DNA of 13,265 nt. It comes from a virus. Taxonomy: Duplodnaviria; Heunggongvirae; Uroviricota; Caudoviricetes. The translations under genes were made by a program, and so were the position numbers. The notes beneath the pieces are model-generated. The model was not told the DNA's origin. It made no database searches and saw only the letters and a program-made list of their open reading frames with translations. Positions 6,351-13,265 of the stretch are shown here, piece after piece. Every line of letters begins with the position of its first letter. The stretch's first letter is position 1. The stretch lies in the IMG/VR virus record IMGVR_UViG_2939152649_000005. The stretch is one strand, 5' to 3'.

Positions 6351-9023
6351 TTAACCTAGAACCTCGCTGTTGAAGACATAGAGCCTGCGGGGATTCATCT
6401 CTGGCGGGCGAATGTTTGTCTGCAGCTTGCCATCGGTGGAGGGCAGCAGATATCCACGATCCGCGCACAGACGTGCCACCTTGCGCGGGTCAAATCCCCG
6501 GCAGATTTCTTTCCAGCCGGACGGCATGACGTAGAACGTGGTGACAGCTTCCGTGCCCTGCGCGGTACTGCCTTTCTCCACCCTGCGCCAGCCCACCATA
6601 TTGCCGGGGCGGTTGCGCTCGTCGTGCCAGTCAGCAAAGCGGCTGTACTGATTCGCGGTAAAGAAACTGCGTACCTGCTCCAGTGCGGCAATATCTTCCT
6701 GATTGGCGGTGTGCCCGCGATCTTTCAGCCATGCGTTTAGGCAGACGCGGGTTGCCCGCAGCGCTTCACCCTCAGGCCAGCCGGTAATACCCAGCCGGGT
6801 TGCCAGCTCGCCCGCCATCGCCACCAGTGCAAAGCGGTTCACAGCCCGGCCTACCTGATTACCCGCATCTTTCGGGGTCAGGGCGGCGGTATATTCCTTC
6901 ATCAGTGACTTTGCCTGTGCCGTCAGCCCGTTAAGGTCAGCGGTCAGGGCTTTCAGCCACTCCCTGAACGGCGAACCGTAGTAGCTGGACGTGGCCCACT
7001 CCAGATGTTCCGCCAGAGCCTTGCCGCTGTCGAAGCCGTGCAGCTCCTCAAATACGCCAAATTTCCCGGAATCGCTGGGGATCTGGATCATCCTGACTTC
7101 CATCCCGGCAAAGGTACGCTCACCGGCTTTTGCCGCATGTTCGGTCAGTGACAGCTCGCCGGTTGAAAAGAACAGCAGCCGCCACTGCTTACGGGTGCGC
7201 AGCTCACCGTCCGTACCGGCACGGCCCTTGCCCTGACCGTTTGCCAGCATGTAGGCGATATTACCCGCCTCGCGTCCGTCCACCTCCCGGATCTCATCAA
7301 GCATCATGGCGGCATCGTTGCGGCGGCTGGCGCATCCCTCCAGCGCGTTGCCGGTTGCCCGCCACGTCTGCCAGTAATCAGGCCCGCCACAAACGGAGGT
7401 TGCCGCTTTCATGGTGGTGGTCTTACCGTCAGTCGATTCCCCCTTGAGGTGGTAGCCGCCGCCGTCCATCCCAACCAGCCGTAACAGGGGTGCAGCAAAG
7501 GCCAGACTGACGGCAAACGCCACGCGGGAGTTACCGGTGCAGTAACGGGAAACGTGCTCCCGCCATTCCTCCGTTGTACCTGACACACGGAAATCGCGCC
7601 CCTGCACGGAAGTGGTCTGGAGAATGACACCCTCTGCACCTTCACCGCTGACCTCATCCTGCAGGACGTAAACCTGACCATGCCAGCCAGTGCGGCTGAC
7701 GCAGGTCACGCGGCGTTCCGGTTTACACAGCGAGATATATTCCATCAGGCGGGCGCGGGCCTCACCGGTGGTGCTGATATAGGACAGCCCGTTAACCAGC
7801 AGTACCCGGCGCAGTTCCTCACCGCTACCACTGAGCATTTCCATCGGCATCGCCCAGCGGCGGCGCTCTCCCCATGTATCTTCCCACTCCAGCAGTCGCC
7901 CGAAATTACCGCCATCGGCATCGCAGGTGATTGCCGTCACGCGCAACGGGTTGCATATTTTGACGTTCTGGATCTCCGTCTCACCGTTGCGCTGTACCTG
8001 TTTTTCATACCAGAGATATTCCTGGGTAAGACGGAACCCGTGCGGCAACTGCGTGCGGCCTTCTCCGCACAGTACAAGACCGTTACGAAAGGCTTCACGG
8101 GCACGTGTAATACCGTGCTCACGGTGGAAGTCATTCCAGTCAGCTTTAATTTCTCCCGGTGGCAGCGTCACCCAGCCACCGACTGATTTTGCCGCCCGTT
8201 CAGCAAAGGATCTGCCGGGATTCTCGCCCCCGTCCTGAAAATCGTTATCACCGGCGATGATAATTTTTACCTCAGGCCAGCGTGCCCGCAGCGCCTGTGC
8301 GACGTTGGGCAGGTTGCCCGCCGATATGGCCGCCACTACGCATCCGGCGGTGAGCTGGCTTACCGTCAGCGCCGTGGCGTAACCTTCGGTAATCACCACC
8401 TGTACCGGCGGTTCAGACGGTAACGGGCTGAGCGCCACAAACGCGCCTTTCATCGTGCTGCCGGGCAGTATGCTTTTTTCACCCGTCGGGGCGATAAGCT
8501 GTGCACCGGTCACGGCTCCGGCGTTCGTCGTGAGCGGTAACAGCAGGGAACCGGCAGGGAAATCCTTACCACTGATATGCTGCACGCTCCCGGTCAGGGA
8601 GGCCGGGTATCCGGCGAACCCTTTTCCGGTCAGATAGGGGCTTTCTCCCGTGTGACTCTCTTTCATCAGGGCCGCCACGGTAAGGCTCATATCGCGTTTA
8701 GGGGCTTTTTGCCTGGCGGGCTTAACGGGCAGTTCCTGCACATCCGGCACATTAAGCACCTGCGCCACCTCCTGCGCTGCCTTTCTGACGCCGTAACCGG
8801 TTATGAGCTTAACCAGATCCAGACCATCACCATTGCCGCACTGGCTGCAAATCCACGTCCCGCGCCCGTCGAGGTCATCGAGGCGGAAGCGATCCTTGCC
8901 CCCACATTTCGGGCAGGGACCGTGCCTGCCGTTTTCAGGTACATCAATACGCAGCATCTGCAGAATGACGGGCCATTTTCCCCGCGCTGCGGCTGAAATC
9001 TGCGTAACCGTCTGTGTTGTCAT
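6351..9023 (-). CDS. P4 alpha-type bifunctional DNA primase-helicase (zinc ribbon + Toprim-like primase + P-loop NTPase)
   Basis: 890-aa ORF. N-terminal CPKCGGKDRFRLDD...WICSQCGNGDG is a CxxC...CxxC zinc ribbon. IIAGDNDFQDGGENPG is a Toprim-like acidic DxD motif. GYHLKGESTDGKTTT is a Walker A (GxxxxGKT). Its ATG overlaps the stop of the upstream small ORF. Confidence 0.9.
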   Translation of the reverse strand: MTTQTVTQISAAARGKWPVILQMLRIDVPENGRHGPCPKCGGKDRFRLDDLDGRGTWICSQCGNGDGLDLVKLITGYGVRKAAQEVAQVLNVPDVQELPVKPARQKAPKRDMSLTVAALMKESHTGESPYLTGKGFAGYPASLTGSVQHISGKDFPAGSLLLPLTTNAGAVTGAQLIAPTGEKSILPGSTMKGAFVALSPLPSEPPVQVVITEGYATALTVSQLTAGCVVAAISAGNLPNVAQALRARWPEVKIIIAGDNDFQDGGENPGRSFAERAAKSVGGWVTLPPGEIKADWNDFHREHGITRAREAFRNGLVLCGEGRTQLPHGFRLTQEYLWYEKQVQRNGETEIQNVKICNPLRVTAITCDADGGNFGRLLEWEDTWGERRRWAMPMEMLSGSGEELRRVLLVNGLSYISTTGEARARLMEYISLCKPERRVTCVSRTGWHGQVYVLQDEVSGEGAEGVILQTTSVQGRDFRVSGTTEEWREHVSRYCTGNSRVAFAVSLAFAAPLLRLVGMDGGGYHLKGESTDGKTTTMKAATSVCGGPDYWQTWRATGNALEGCASRRNDAAMMLDEIREVDGREAGNIAYMLANGQGKGRAGTDGELRTRKQWRLLFFSTGELSLTEHAAKAGERTFAGMEVRMIQIPSDSGKFGVFEELHGFDSGKALAEHLEWATSSYYGSPFREWLKALTADLNGLTAQAKSLMKEYTAALTPKDAGNQVGRAVNRFALVAMAGELATRLGITGWPEGEALRATRVCLNAWLKDRGHTANQEDIAALEQVRSFFTANQYSRFADWHDERNRPGNMVGWRRVEKGSTAQGTEAVTTFYVMPSGWKEICRGFDPRKVARLCADRGYLLPSTDGKLQTNIRPPEMNPRRLYVFNSEVLG

Positions 9024-9403
9024 ACTTCCCCCTGATACAGCGAAACACCCGAGCTGCAGAAGTCATCAAATGCCGCCGGAAGTGTGCGGTACAGCTCCGC
9101 CATCACTTCACAGCCGCGCACAGTCAGTACCGGTGGCGCGGTCAGCAATGATGGCTCCAGCATGTCAGTCAGCAGCGCCAGTGCAGCCGCTGCTCCCTGT
9201 GCTTCGCCATATTCGTTAATCAGTGCGCACTCGATATGCAGGGCAATGGCCATTTCAATACGTTCAACCGTCAGGCTGTGCGGACCATAGTGATCGCAGC
9301 CGGTTTCGGTCAGCGCTTTCTGGCGCCAGGCCGATGCAATAGCCCGCCGGTAAAGCGCAGTGGTCATTTCTGCCGGAAAAATAGAAACCTGCGGCTGGTT
9401 CAT
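9020..9403 (-). CDS. Hypothetical protein (127 aa), last of four small coupled ORFs upstream of the primase gene
   Basis: Start overlaps the stop of the 9400-9684 ORF; stop overlaps the primase start. Same strand and operon as the primase. No motif recognised. Confidence 0.55.
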   Translation of the reverse strand: MNQPQVSIFPAEMTTALYRRAIASAWRQKALTETGCDHYGPHSLTVERIEMAIALHIECALINEYGEAQGAAAALALLTDMLEPSLLTAPPVLTVRGCEVMAELYRTLPAAFDDFCSSGVSLYQGEV

Positions 9404-9684
9404 TGGGTGCCTCCTTCAATCAGTTCGCAACTGTGCGCAATATCCGTCAAATCTGCCCGCAGGTACTCCATCAGCGCGGCGATGCCTGGCGCACATCCTG
9501 CATCCAGCGTTCCGCCCTGCGAGGGGTATTCAGAAAAGAGAAGCTGCAACATGTCGCAGGCCTTTCTGGCGCGGGCCAGCTTTCCGAAACCGTCCTCTGA
9601 CAACCCATACGCAAAAGCACCGCTATTGTGTTTTTCAGGCAAAGCGTGGCCCTGAGCACCGTTGTGCCCGTTTGAAATATTCAT
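9400..9684 (-). CDS. Hypothetical protein (94 aa) in the replication operon
   Basis: ATG at 9684 preceded by GGAG at about 9 nt; stop overlaps the start of the next ORF. No motif recognised. Confidence 0.55.
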   Translation of the reverse strand: MNISNGHNGAQGHALPEKHNSGAFAYGLSEDGFGKLARARKACDMLQLLFSEYPSQGGTLDAGCAPGIAALMEYLRADLTDIAHSCELIEGGTQ

Positions 9685-9715
9685 CGTGGATTACTCCGTT
9701 TTCAGCGGTGTTTTG

Positions 9716-10075
9716 TCAGAGAAACTTTGAATAGTGACTGTCGTCAGGTTCAGCAGAACGCCGTATGCTGCGCTCCCGCCAGCGGGTAAATACCACCGAC
9801 GGATGCAGCGTCAGCGAGCCAGAGCCGCTACCCCCCGCGGGAGCTGGCGAAGGTTTAAAGAGCGGCGCATCAAACAGGCGCGTATACCGCTGTTCAAACC
9901 ATGCCAGAGGGCAGGAAGAAAGCTGGTTGTCGCTGTCATGACGTATCAACACTTCACAGCTGAATTCAGGATTAACCAGCGCCACGGAGGGAGACGCTTC
10001 AATTAGTCGGATGATTGTTACGGTCCAGCCACGTTCATGCTGCCAGCGTTCGCCGGGTTGCGGATAATTACGCAT
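9716..10075 (-). CDS. Hypothetical protein (119 aa from the ATG at 10075) in the replication operon
   Basis: The track ORF is extended to 10105 by an alternative start. The ATG at 10075 is preceded by GGAGG (GGAGGTGAACATG) and overlaps the stop of the upstream 58-aa ORF (ATGCGTAA). Confidence 0.55.
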   Translation of the reverse strand: MRNYPQPGERWQHERGWTVTIIRLIEASPSVALVNPEFSCEVLIRHDSDNQLSSCPLAWFEQRYTRLFDAPLFKPSPAPAGGSGSGSLTLHPSVVFTRWRERSIRRSAEPDDSHYSKFL

Positions 10076-10244
10076 GTTCACCTCCACAGGGAATGCGACC
10101 GGCAAAGCTCAGCACATAGTCCGGGGCCAGTCTGCGCCGCGCTGAGCGCTCGTTATCTGCGGTGATCCTTAACATCACAGGACGGGCATTGCGTTGACTG
10201 CGGTTGATCGCCGCAAATAACCAGGTAAACTTCTGTTTAGCCAT
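10068..10244 (-). CDS. Small basic hypothetical protein (58 aa), first gene of the replication operon
   Basis: ATG at 10244 with GAGGA 8-9 nt upstream. The 244-aa track ORF 10068-10802 shares this frame, but its upstream part crosses an intergenic region, a terminator, and genes on both strands, so only the last 58 codons are credible. Confidence 0.45.
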   Translation of the reverse strand: MAKQKFTWLFAAINRSQRNARPVMLRITADNERSARRRLAPDYVLSFAGRIPCGGEHA

Positions 10245-10320
10245 CTTCGTTTCCTCATACAGCGGATTGGTCAGAAGCCCGGTTAGTGTTGCTGCACTGT
10301 CGGGCTTCGCATTCACAAGG

Positions 10321-10410
10321 TGAATCGCACCTTTGCTTTTAAAGCTACCCTTAAGTGAATCGCACTTCAAGTCTTTTATTATCATTTTTTTTGCGTATAC
10401 TGAATCGCAC
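10321..10410. promoter_or_regulatory. Three direct repeats of TGAATCGCAC in the divergent promoter region between the RHH gene and the replication operon; candidate operator sites
   Basis: Copies at 10321-10330, 10366-10375 and 10401-10410. The third directly follows a TATACT (-10-like) hexamer located ~30 nt upstream of the RHH gene's ATG. Confidence 0.5.
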
Positions 10411-10431
10411 CTAACGCAAGGAGATCCAGTA

Positions 10432-10617
10432 ATGGCAACGGGTTCAACTAACAACAAGTCGCAGCAACTTAATGCTCGTTTCCCACATGATGTAGTTGCA
10501 GAATTAGAAAGCAACCTTGAAGATGGAGAAACGAAAGCGCAATTTATTGTTACCGCTGTAAAAGGCGAGATTAAACGCCGACAGCGCAGGAAAAATAAGC
10601 CAGAGCAAGTAAACTGA
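10432..10617 (+). CDS. Small ribbon-helix-helix (Arc/MetJ-like) DNA-binding protein; candidate repressor
   Basis: 61 aa from the ATG at 10432, with a strong AAGGAG 8 nt upstream. NARFPHDVVAELE resembles the RHH N-terminal beta-strand/helix of Arc (NLRWPREVLDLV). It is divergent from the replication operon and followed by a terminator. Confidence 0.6.
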   Translation: MATGSTNNKSQQLNARFPHDVVAELESNLEDGETKAQFIVTAVKGEIKRRQRRKNKPEQVN

Positions 10618-10680
10618 ATAGAGAAGCGAACAGACGTTCTCTCAGGTTCCATGTCAATTTCAGTAAGCGACAATATTTTT

Positions 10681-10714
10681 AAGCCCACAAACTCAATTTG
10701 TCGGGCTTTTTTAT
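10681..10714 (+). terminator. Rho-independent terminator for the RHH gene, at the convergence with alpA
   Basis: AAGCCCACAA-actcaat-TTGTCGGGCTT hairpin (one bulge) followed by TTTTTTATT on the plus strand. Confidence 0.55.
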
Positions 10715-10944
10715 TAGTGATTTTCATGCCGTTCACCACGAGAGGCATATATTTGCTCTTGAATCCAGTGATCGACTTCGCTTTCAACAAATGAAATTGC
10801 ACGAGTTCCTATTTTCACCGGGCGGGGAAATGTATTGTTTGAAAGCTGTTTGTAAAGCCATGCCTTGCTACGCTGAACGCGTCTTAGCACCTCTTTTGCT
10901 GAGATAAGAGTCTGATTATCTGAAAGGTTGTTTGCATATTCCAT
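10714..10944 (-). CDS. alpA: AlpA-family phage regulatory protein (MerR-like HTH; excisionase/Vis-like)
   Basis: 76 aa from the ATG at 10944, with GGAG 7 nt upstream; the track ORF is extended by a GTG start. ...ISAKEVLRRVQRSKAWLYKQLSNNTFPRPVKIGTRAISFVESEVDHWIQEQI matches the AlpA signature I recall (L..EV....GLSRST.Y.....G.FP.P.K.G.R...W...E...W). Confidence 0.8.
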   Translation of the reverse strand: MEYANNLSDNQTLISAKEVLRRVQRSKAWLYKQLSNNTFPRPVKIGTRAISFVESEVDHWIQEQIYASRGERHENH

Positions 10945-11250
10945 CTTGTTACTCCGTGTTCTACTTAAGTTCACGGTGACTTTAAACAGTGTAAGAACAT
11001 GATTCTAGTGATAATGGAATCTATCGAAACCGATATAGTTTCTATTGAAAGATTTTTATTTCTATTAAAAATGAAATGCAAACTTGATCGGCATCTAGTT
11101 AAAAATAAAACACAATAATATCATAAAGTTAAATTATAACTTCGAGTTCAAAACATGGATTAAAGTCACTCAATGGGTATTCATTGCACTATAACACATC
11201 ATATTTCCCCATATCTCCCCAGTATTACGCAGTTTTAGCCAGTTTATTAC

Positions 11251-11290
11251 TATAGCCCCTTATAGCCCCTTATAGCCACTTATAGTCCTG
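11251..11290. repeat. 10-bp tandem repeat TATAGCCCCT x4 (two perfect, two degenerate copies)
   Basis: TATAGCCCCT TATAGCCCCT TATAGCCACT TATAGTCCTG read directly, 45-80 nt downstream of the 212-aa gene stop in an AT-rich spacer. Confidence 0.8.
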
Positions 11291-11333
11291 AATCAGGGTA
11301 AGAAATGAAAGACTTTTATCTACTAATAGAAAA

Positions 11334-11972
11334 TCATTTCCCATACTTAATAATATCATTCCCAATTTTTACTTTTTTATAAAACGTGGCTTTCTTAACC
11401 CCTTCCAGTGAAATTTGATGCTCATTACAAAAAGAGATAATATCATTATATATCACACTATTATCACCATAACTTGCCTTACCATATTTTTTGAGCAACT
11501 CAATTAATAATGAAATTAATTTACAATTATTATTATCTTCATCCTCTTTTCTGTATTGCCCTCTGCCATTACTCCTTAACTTTTTACCAACTTCATATAA
11601 TTCACTTCCTCCTAACATCATTAAAATATCGCCCCAATCTTTATTTTTTACTTGTTGTAGCAATGCGTTATCAATTCTTTCCTTAATTTCAGGAGGTACA
11701 ATATCTTCCCTCTGAAAGATATAAGCGGCAGTTAATACTAAATTCGCTTCCACTTTTTGCGTGGCGGATATGTTTTTATATTCATTAATTAATTGTAGAT
11801 TTCTGGTTATTGCCTTTCTTAACCTAATAACCTCTTTTAATTGAATATCAGTTAATTCATCATTTTCTGTATCATAGTCAAAACCATTCATAGCAAGCGC
11901 TACTTCGTGCGGCGTAATGTATGTTAACCTATTAAAATAAAACAAATTATTATCAGATTGAGTGTTATTCAT
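11334..11972 (-). CDS. Hypothetical protein, 212 aa, strongly AT-rich orphan cargo gene directly downstream of the integrase
   Basis: ATG at 11972 with GGAG 8 nt upstream, 30 nt after the integrase stop on the same strand. Asn/Lys/Ile-rich composition and AT-rich codons contrast with the GC-rich replication module. No motif recognised. Confidence 0.7.
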   Translation of the reverse strand: MNNTQSDNNLFYFNRLTYITPHEVALAMNGFDYDTENDELTDIQLKEVIRLRKAITRNLQLINEYKNISATQKVEANLVLTAAYIFQREDIVPPEIKERIDNALLQQVKNKDWGDILMMLGGSELYEVGKKLRSNGRGQYRKEDEDNNNCKLISLLIELLKKYGKASYGDNSVIYNDIISFCNEHQISLEGVKKATFYKKVKIGNDIIKYGK

Positions 11973-12002
11973 TTGAATTTCTCCTCAGAGCCACAATGGT
12001 AA

Positions 12003-13265
12003 TTATTTTCCATGCACACGCGCAAAATCATATGGTGTGATAGATCCATTCTTGTTAGCATCAATGTAATCAGCCCACCATTGCAGCATTAATTTTCTTT
12101 CTTCAAGATATTCAGATGTATGCATGTATGAACCTTTCACGTTTTTTCGTTCAACGTGACTTAGCTGTCTTTCAATGGCATCATCATTCCATAGTTTCGA
12201 CTCACTTAGCGCACCACGCGCCATAGTTCTAAAACCATGCCCACATACTTCTGTCTTCGTATCATATCCCATTACACGTAAGGCACTATTTACAGTATTT
12301 TCACTCATTACTTTTTTAGGATCATGATCGCTGGGAAATATAACCTCGCCTTTACCGCTCAAGGCATGTAAACGTTTAAAAATATCAAATGCTTGTTTGC
12401 TAAGCGGAACAATATGTTCAGTTTTCATCTTCATCCCACGCTCAGAGTGTTTTACGCCGGGAATAGGTTTACGAATTCCGGGTATCGTCCACTCGCTTCG
12501 TTCAAAGTTAACCTCACTCCATCGAGCAAAACGCATCTCACTTGAACGAATAAATGTGAGTAGCGTTAATTCAACGGCAAGCCGTGTCATTAGTCGCCCT
12601 TTATAGCGTGATAGTCTTTCAAGAAACTCAGGGATTCTTTTTGGGGGTAGTGCTGGGTGATGGGTTGCCTTAACGCTTAAAAGCGCTCCAGCCATATCAC
12701 TGGCAGGATTTGATTCAAGAAGGTCATTCTGCACACCGAAACGCATAATTGCGGTTACGCGCTGCATCAGTCGCTGCGCAACATCATGTTTACCTGCCGC
12801 ATCAACAGCTTTGATCGGATTGAGAAGCTGGCTGGTTCTCAACGTTCTGGCGTCAATTTGACCTATCGAGGGGAAAATATACTGCTCAAGCGTCAGCAGA
12901 ACGCGACGGCTATGATCTTCGCTCCAAGTTAGGTTACTTGCGTGCCATTGCCTTGCGATAGTTTCAAATAAATATGCCCCCTCAATTTCAGCTTGTGCCC
13001 CCTTTTGCTCAGCTTTGGGGTCAATGCCCTGAGACAACAATTTCTTTGCTGCATCGCGCTTACCCCTAGCCTCAGCCAAAGTGATCGTCGGGTATACACC
13101 AAAAGCGAGCCGATCTTCCTTTTTGTCAGATGGGCGGCGATATTTCATGCGCCAATACTTGGAACCTTTTGGGGAGACTTCAAGATACAAGCCGCCTCCA
13201 TCAGCCATTTTATAGGCTTTCTCTTTCGGCTTTGCGGTCTCTATCTGGCGAGCATTGAGTTTCAT
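12003..13265 (-). CDS. int: P4-type tyrosine integrase (DUF4102 N-terminal domain + catalytic domain), apparently intact, 420 aa
   Basis: The ORF runs from an ATG formed by the last 3 nt of the window to a stop at 12003. The N-terminus MKLNARQIETAKPKEKAYKMADGGGLYLEVSPKGSKYWRMKYR is collinear with the pseudogene at 1618-2615. It retains the C-terminal part the pseudogene lacks, including HGFRTMARGAL (box II H-x-x-R) and downstream Tyr residues. Confidence 0.9.
   Translation of the reverse strand: MKLNARQIETAKPKEKAYKMADGGGLYLEVSPKGSKYWRMKYRRPSDKKEDRLAFGVYPTITLAEARGKRDAAKKLLSQGIDPKAEQKGAQAEIEGAYLFETIARQWHASNLTWSEDHSRRVLLTLEQYIFPSIGQIDARTLRTSQLLNPIKAVDAAGKHDVAQRLMQRVTAIMRFGVQNDLLESNPASDMAGALLSVKATHHPALPPKRIPEFLERLSRYKGRLMTRLAVELTLLTFIRSSEMRFARWSEVNFERSEWTIPGIRKPIPGVKHSERGMKMKTEHIVPLSKQAFDIFKRLHALSGKGEVIFPSDHDPKKVMSENTVNSALRVMGYDTKTEVCGHGFRTMARGALSESKLWNDDAIERQLSHVERKNVKGSYMHTSEYLEERKLMLQWWADYIDANKNGSITPYDFARVHGK

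Noticed and set aside
6990-9220. Several plus-strand ORFs of 80-170 aa inside the primase gene (e.g. 7130-7447, 7680-8186, 8577-8996, 8803-9219)
   Set aside because: They are antisense to a long, well-supported CDS in GC-rich DNA, where spurious open frames are common. They have no RBS and a low-complexity Arg/Pro/Ala-rich composition.
9084-10006. Plus-strand ORFs overlapping the small minus-strand operon genes (9084-9290, 9236-9655, 9360-9734, 9403-9600, 9734-10006) and the alternative minus-strand ORF 9471-9659
   Set aside because: Antisense or out-of-frame overlaps with a translationally coupled operon; no independent start signals.
10333-10431. Upstream extension of the RHH ORF (track start at 10333)
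   Set aside because: The extension covers the operator repeats and the -10-like hexamer. The ATG at 10432 has a strong AAGGAG RBS.
10068-10802. 244-aa minus-strand ORF in the track
   Set aside because: It runs through an intergenic promoter region, the antisense of a well-supported plus-strand gene, a terminator hairpin and the 3' end of alpA. Only its last 58 codons, which have their own RBS and ATG, are plausible.
10698-12606. Plus-strand ORFs 10698-10907, 11491-11715 and 12397-12606
   Set aside because: Antisense to alpA, the 212-aa gene and the integrase respectively; the middle one is a low-complexity Leu/Ser/Ile peptide typical of AT-rich antisense frames.

Overview
This window is a mosaic of mobile DNA from an enterobacterial (E. 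coli-like) chromosome. CDS coordinates follow the supplied ORF track; motif coordinates were counted by hand and may be off by 1-2 nt. All homology calls are from reading the translations and recalling known families; no database search was run.

Layout, left to right:
- 1-307: 3' remnant of an IS21-family (IS100-like) istB gene.
- 308-1617: a complete 1310-bp IS3-family element of the IS629/IS1203 type, with orfA/orfB on the minus strand.
- 1618-2615: a P4-type tyrosine integrase pseudogene (int1), inactivated by an in-frame TGA and by loss of its 3' end at the IS junction.
- ~2814-2835: a short sequence resembling the reverse complement of a tRNA-Leu (leuX-like) 3' end, which I read as an att repeat.
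- 2836-13265: a P4-like satellite prophage, ending with an apparently intact integrase (int2) whose start codon is the last three bases of the window.

The satellite contains, in order: a possible P2 gpQ-type portal gene plus a small HAD-like gene (both + strand, reading toward a structured terminator/candidate cos region); an Ogr/Delta-type zinc-finger activator and a Psu/Sid-family gene; an iteron array that looks like an origin; an 890-aa alpha-type primase-helicase preceded by four small coupled ORFs; a small ribbon-helix-helix gene with three operator-like repeats; alpA; and a very AT-rich 212-aa orphan gene directly downstream of int2.

The best candidates for an undescribed function are the two cargo positions: the portal-like/HAD-like pair between the candidate cos and the att repeat, and the 212-aa low-GC orphan next to int2. 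I could not assign a function to the 212-aa protein or to the four small ORFs upstream of the primase.
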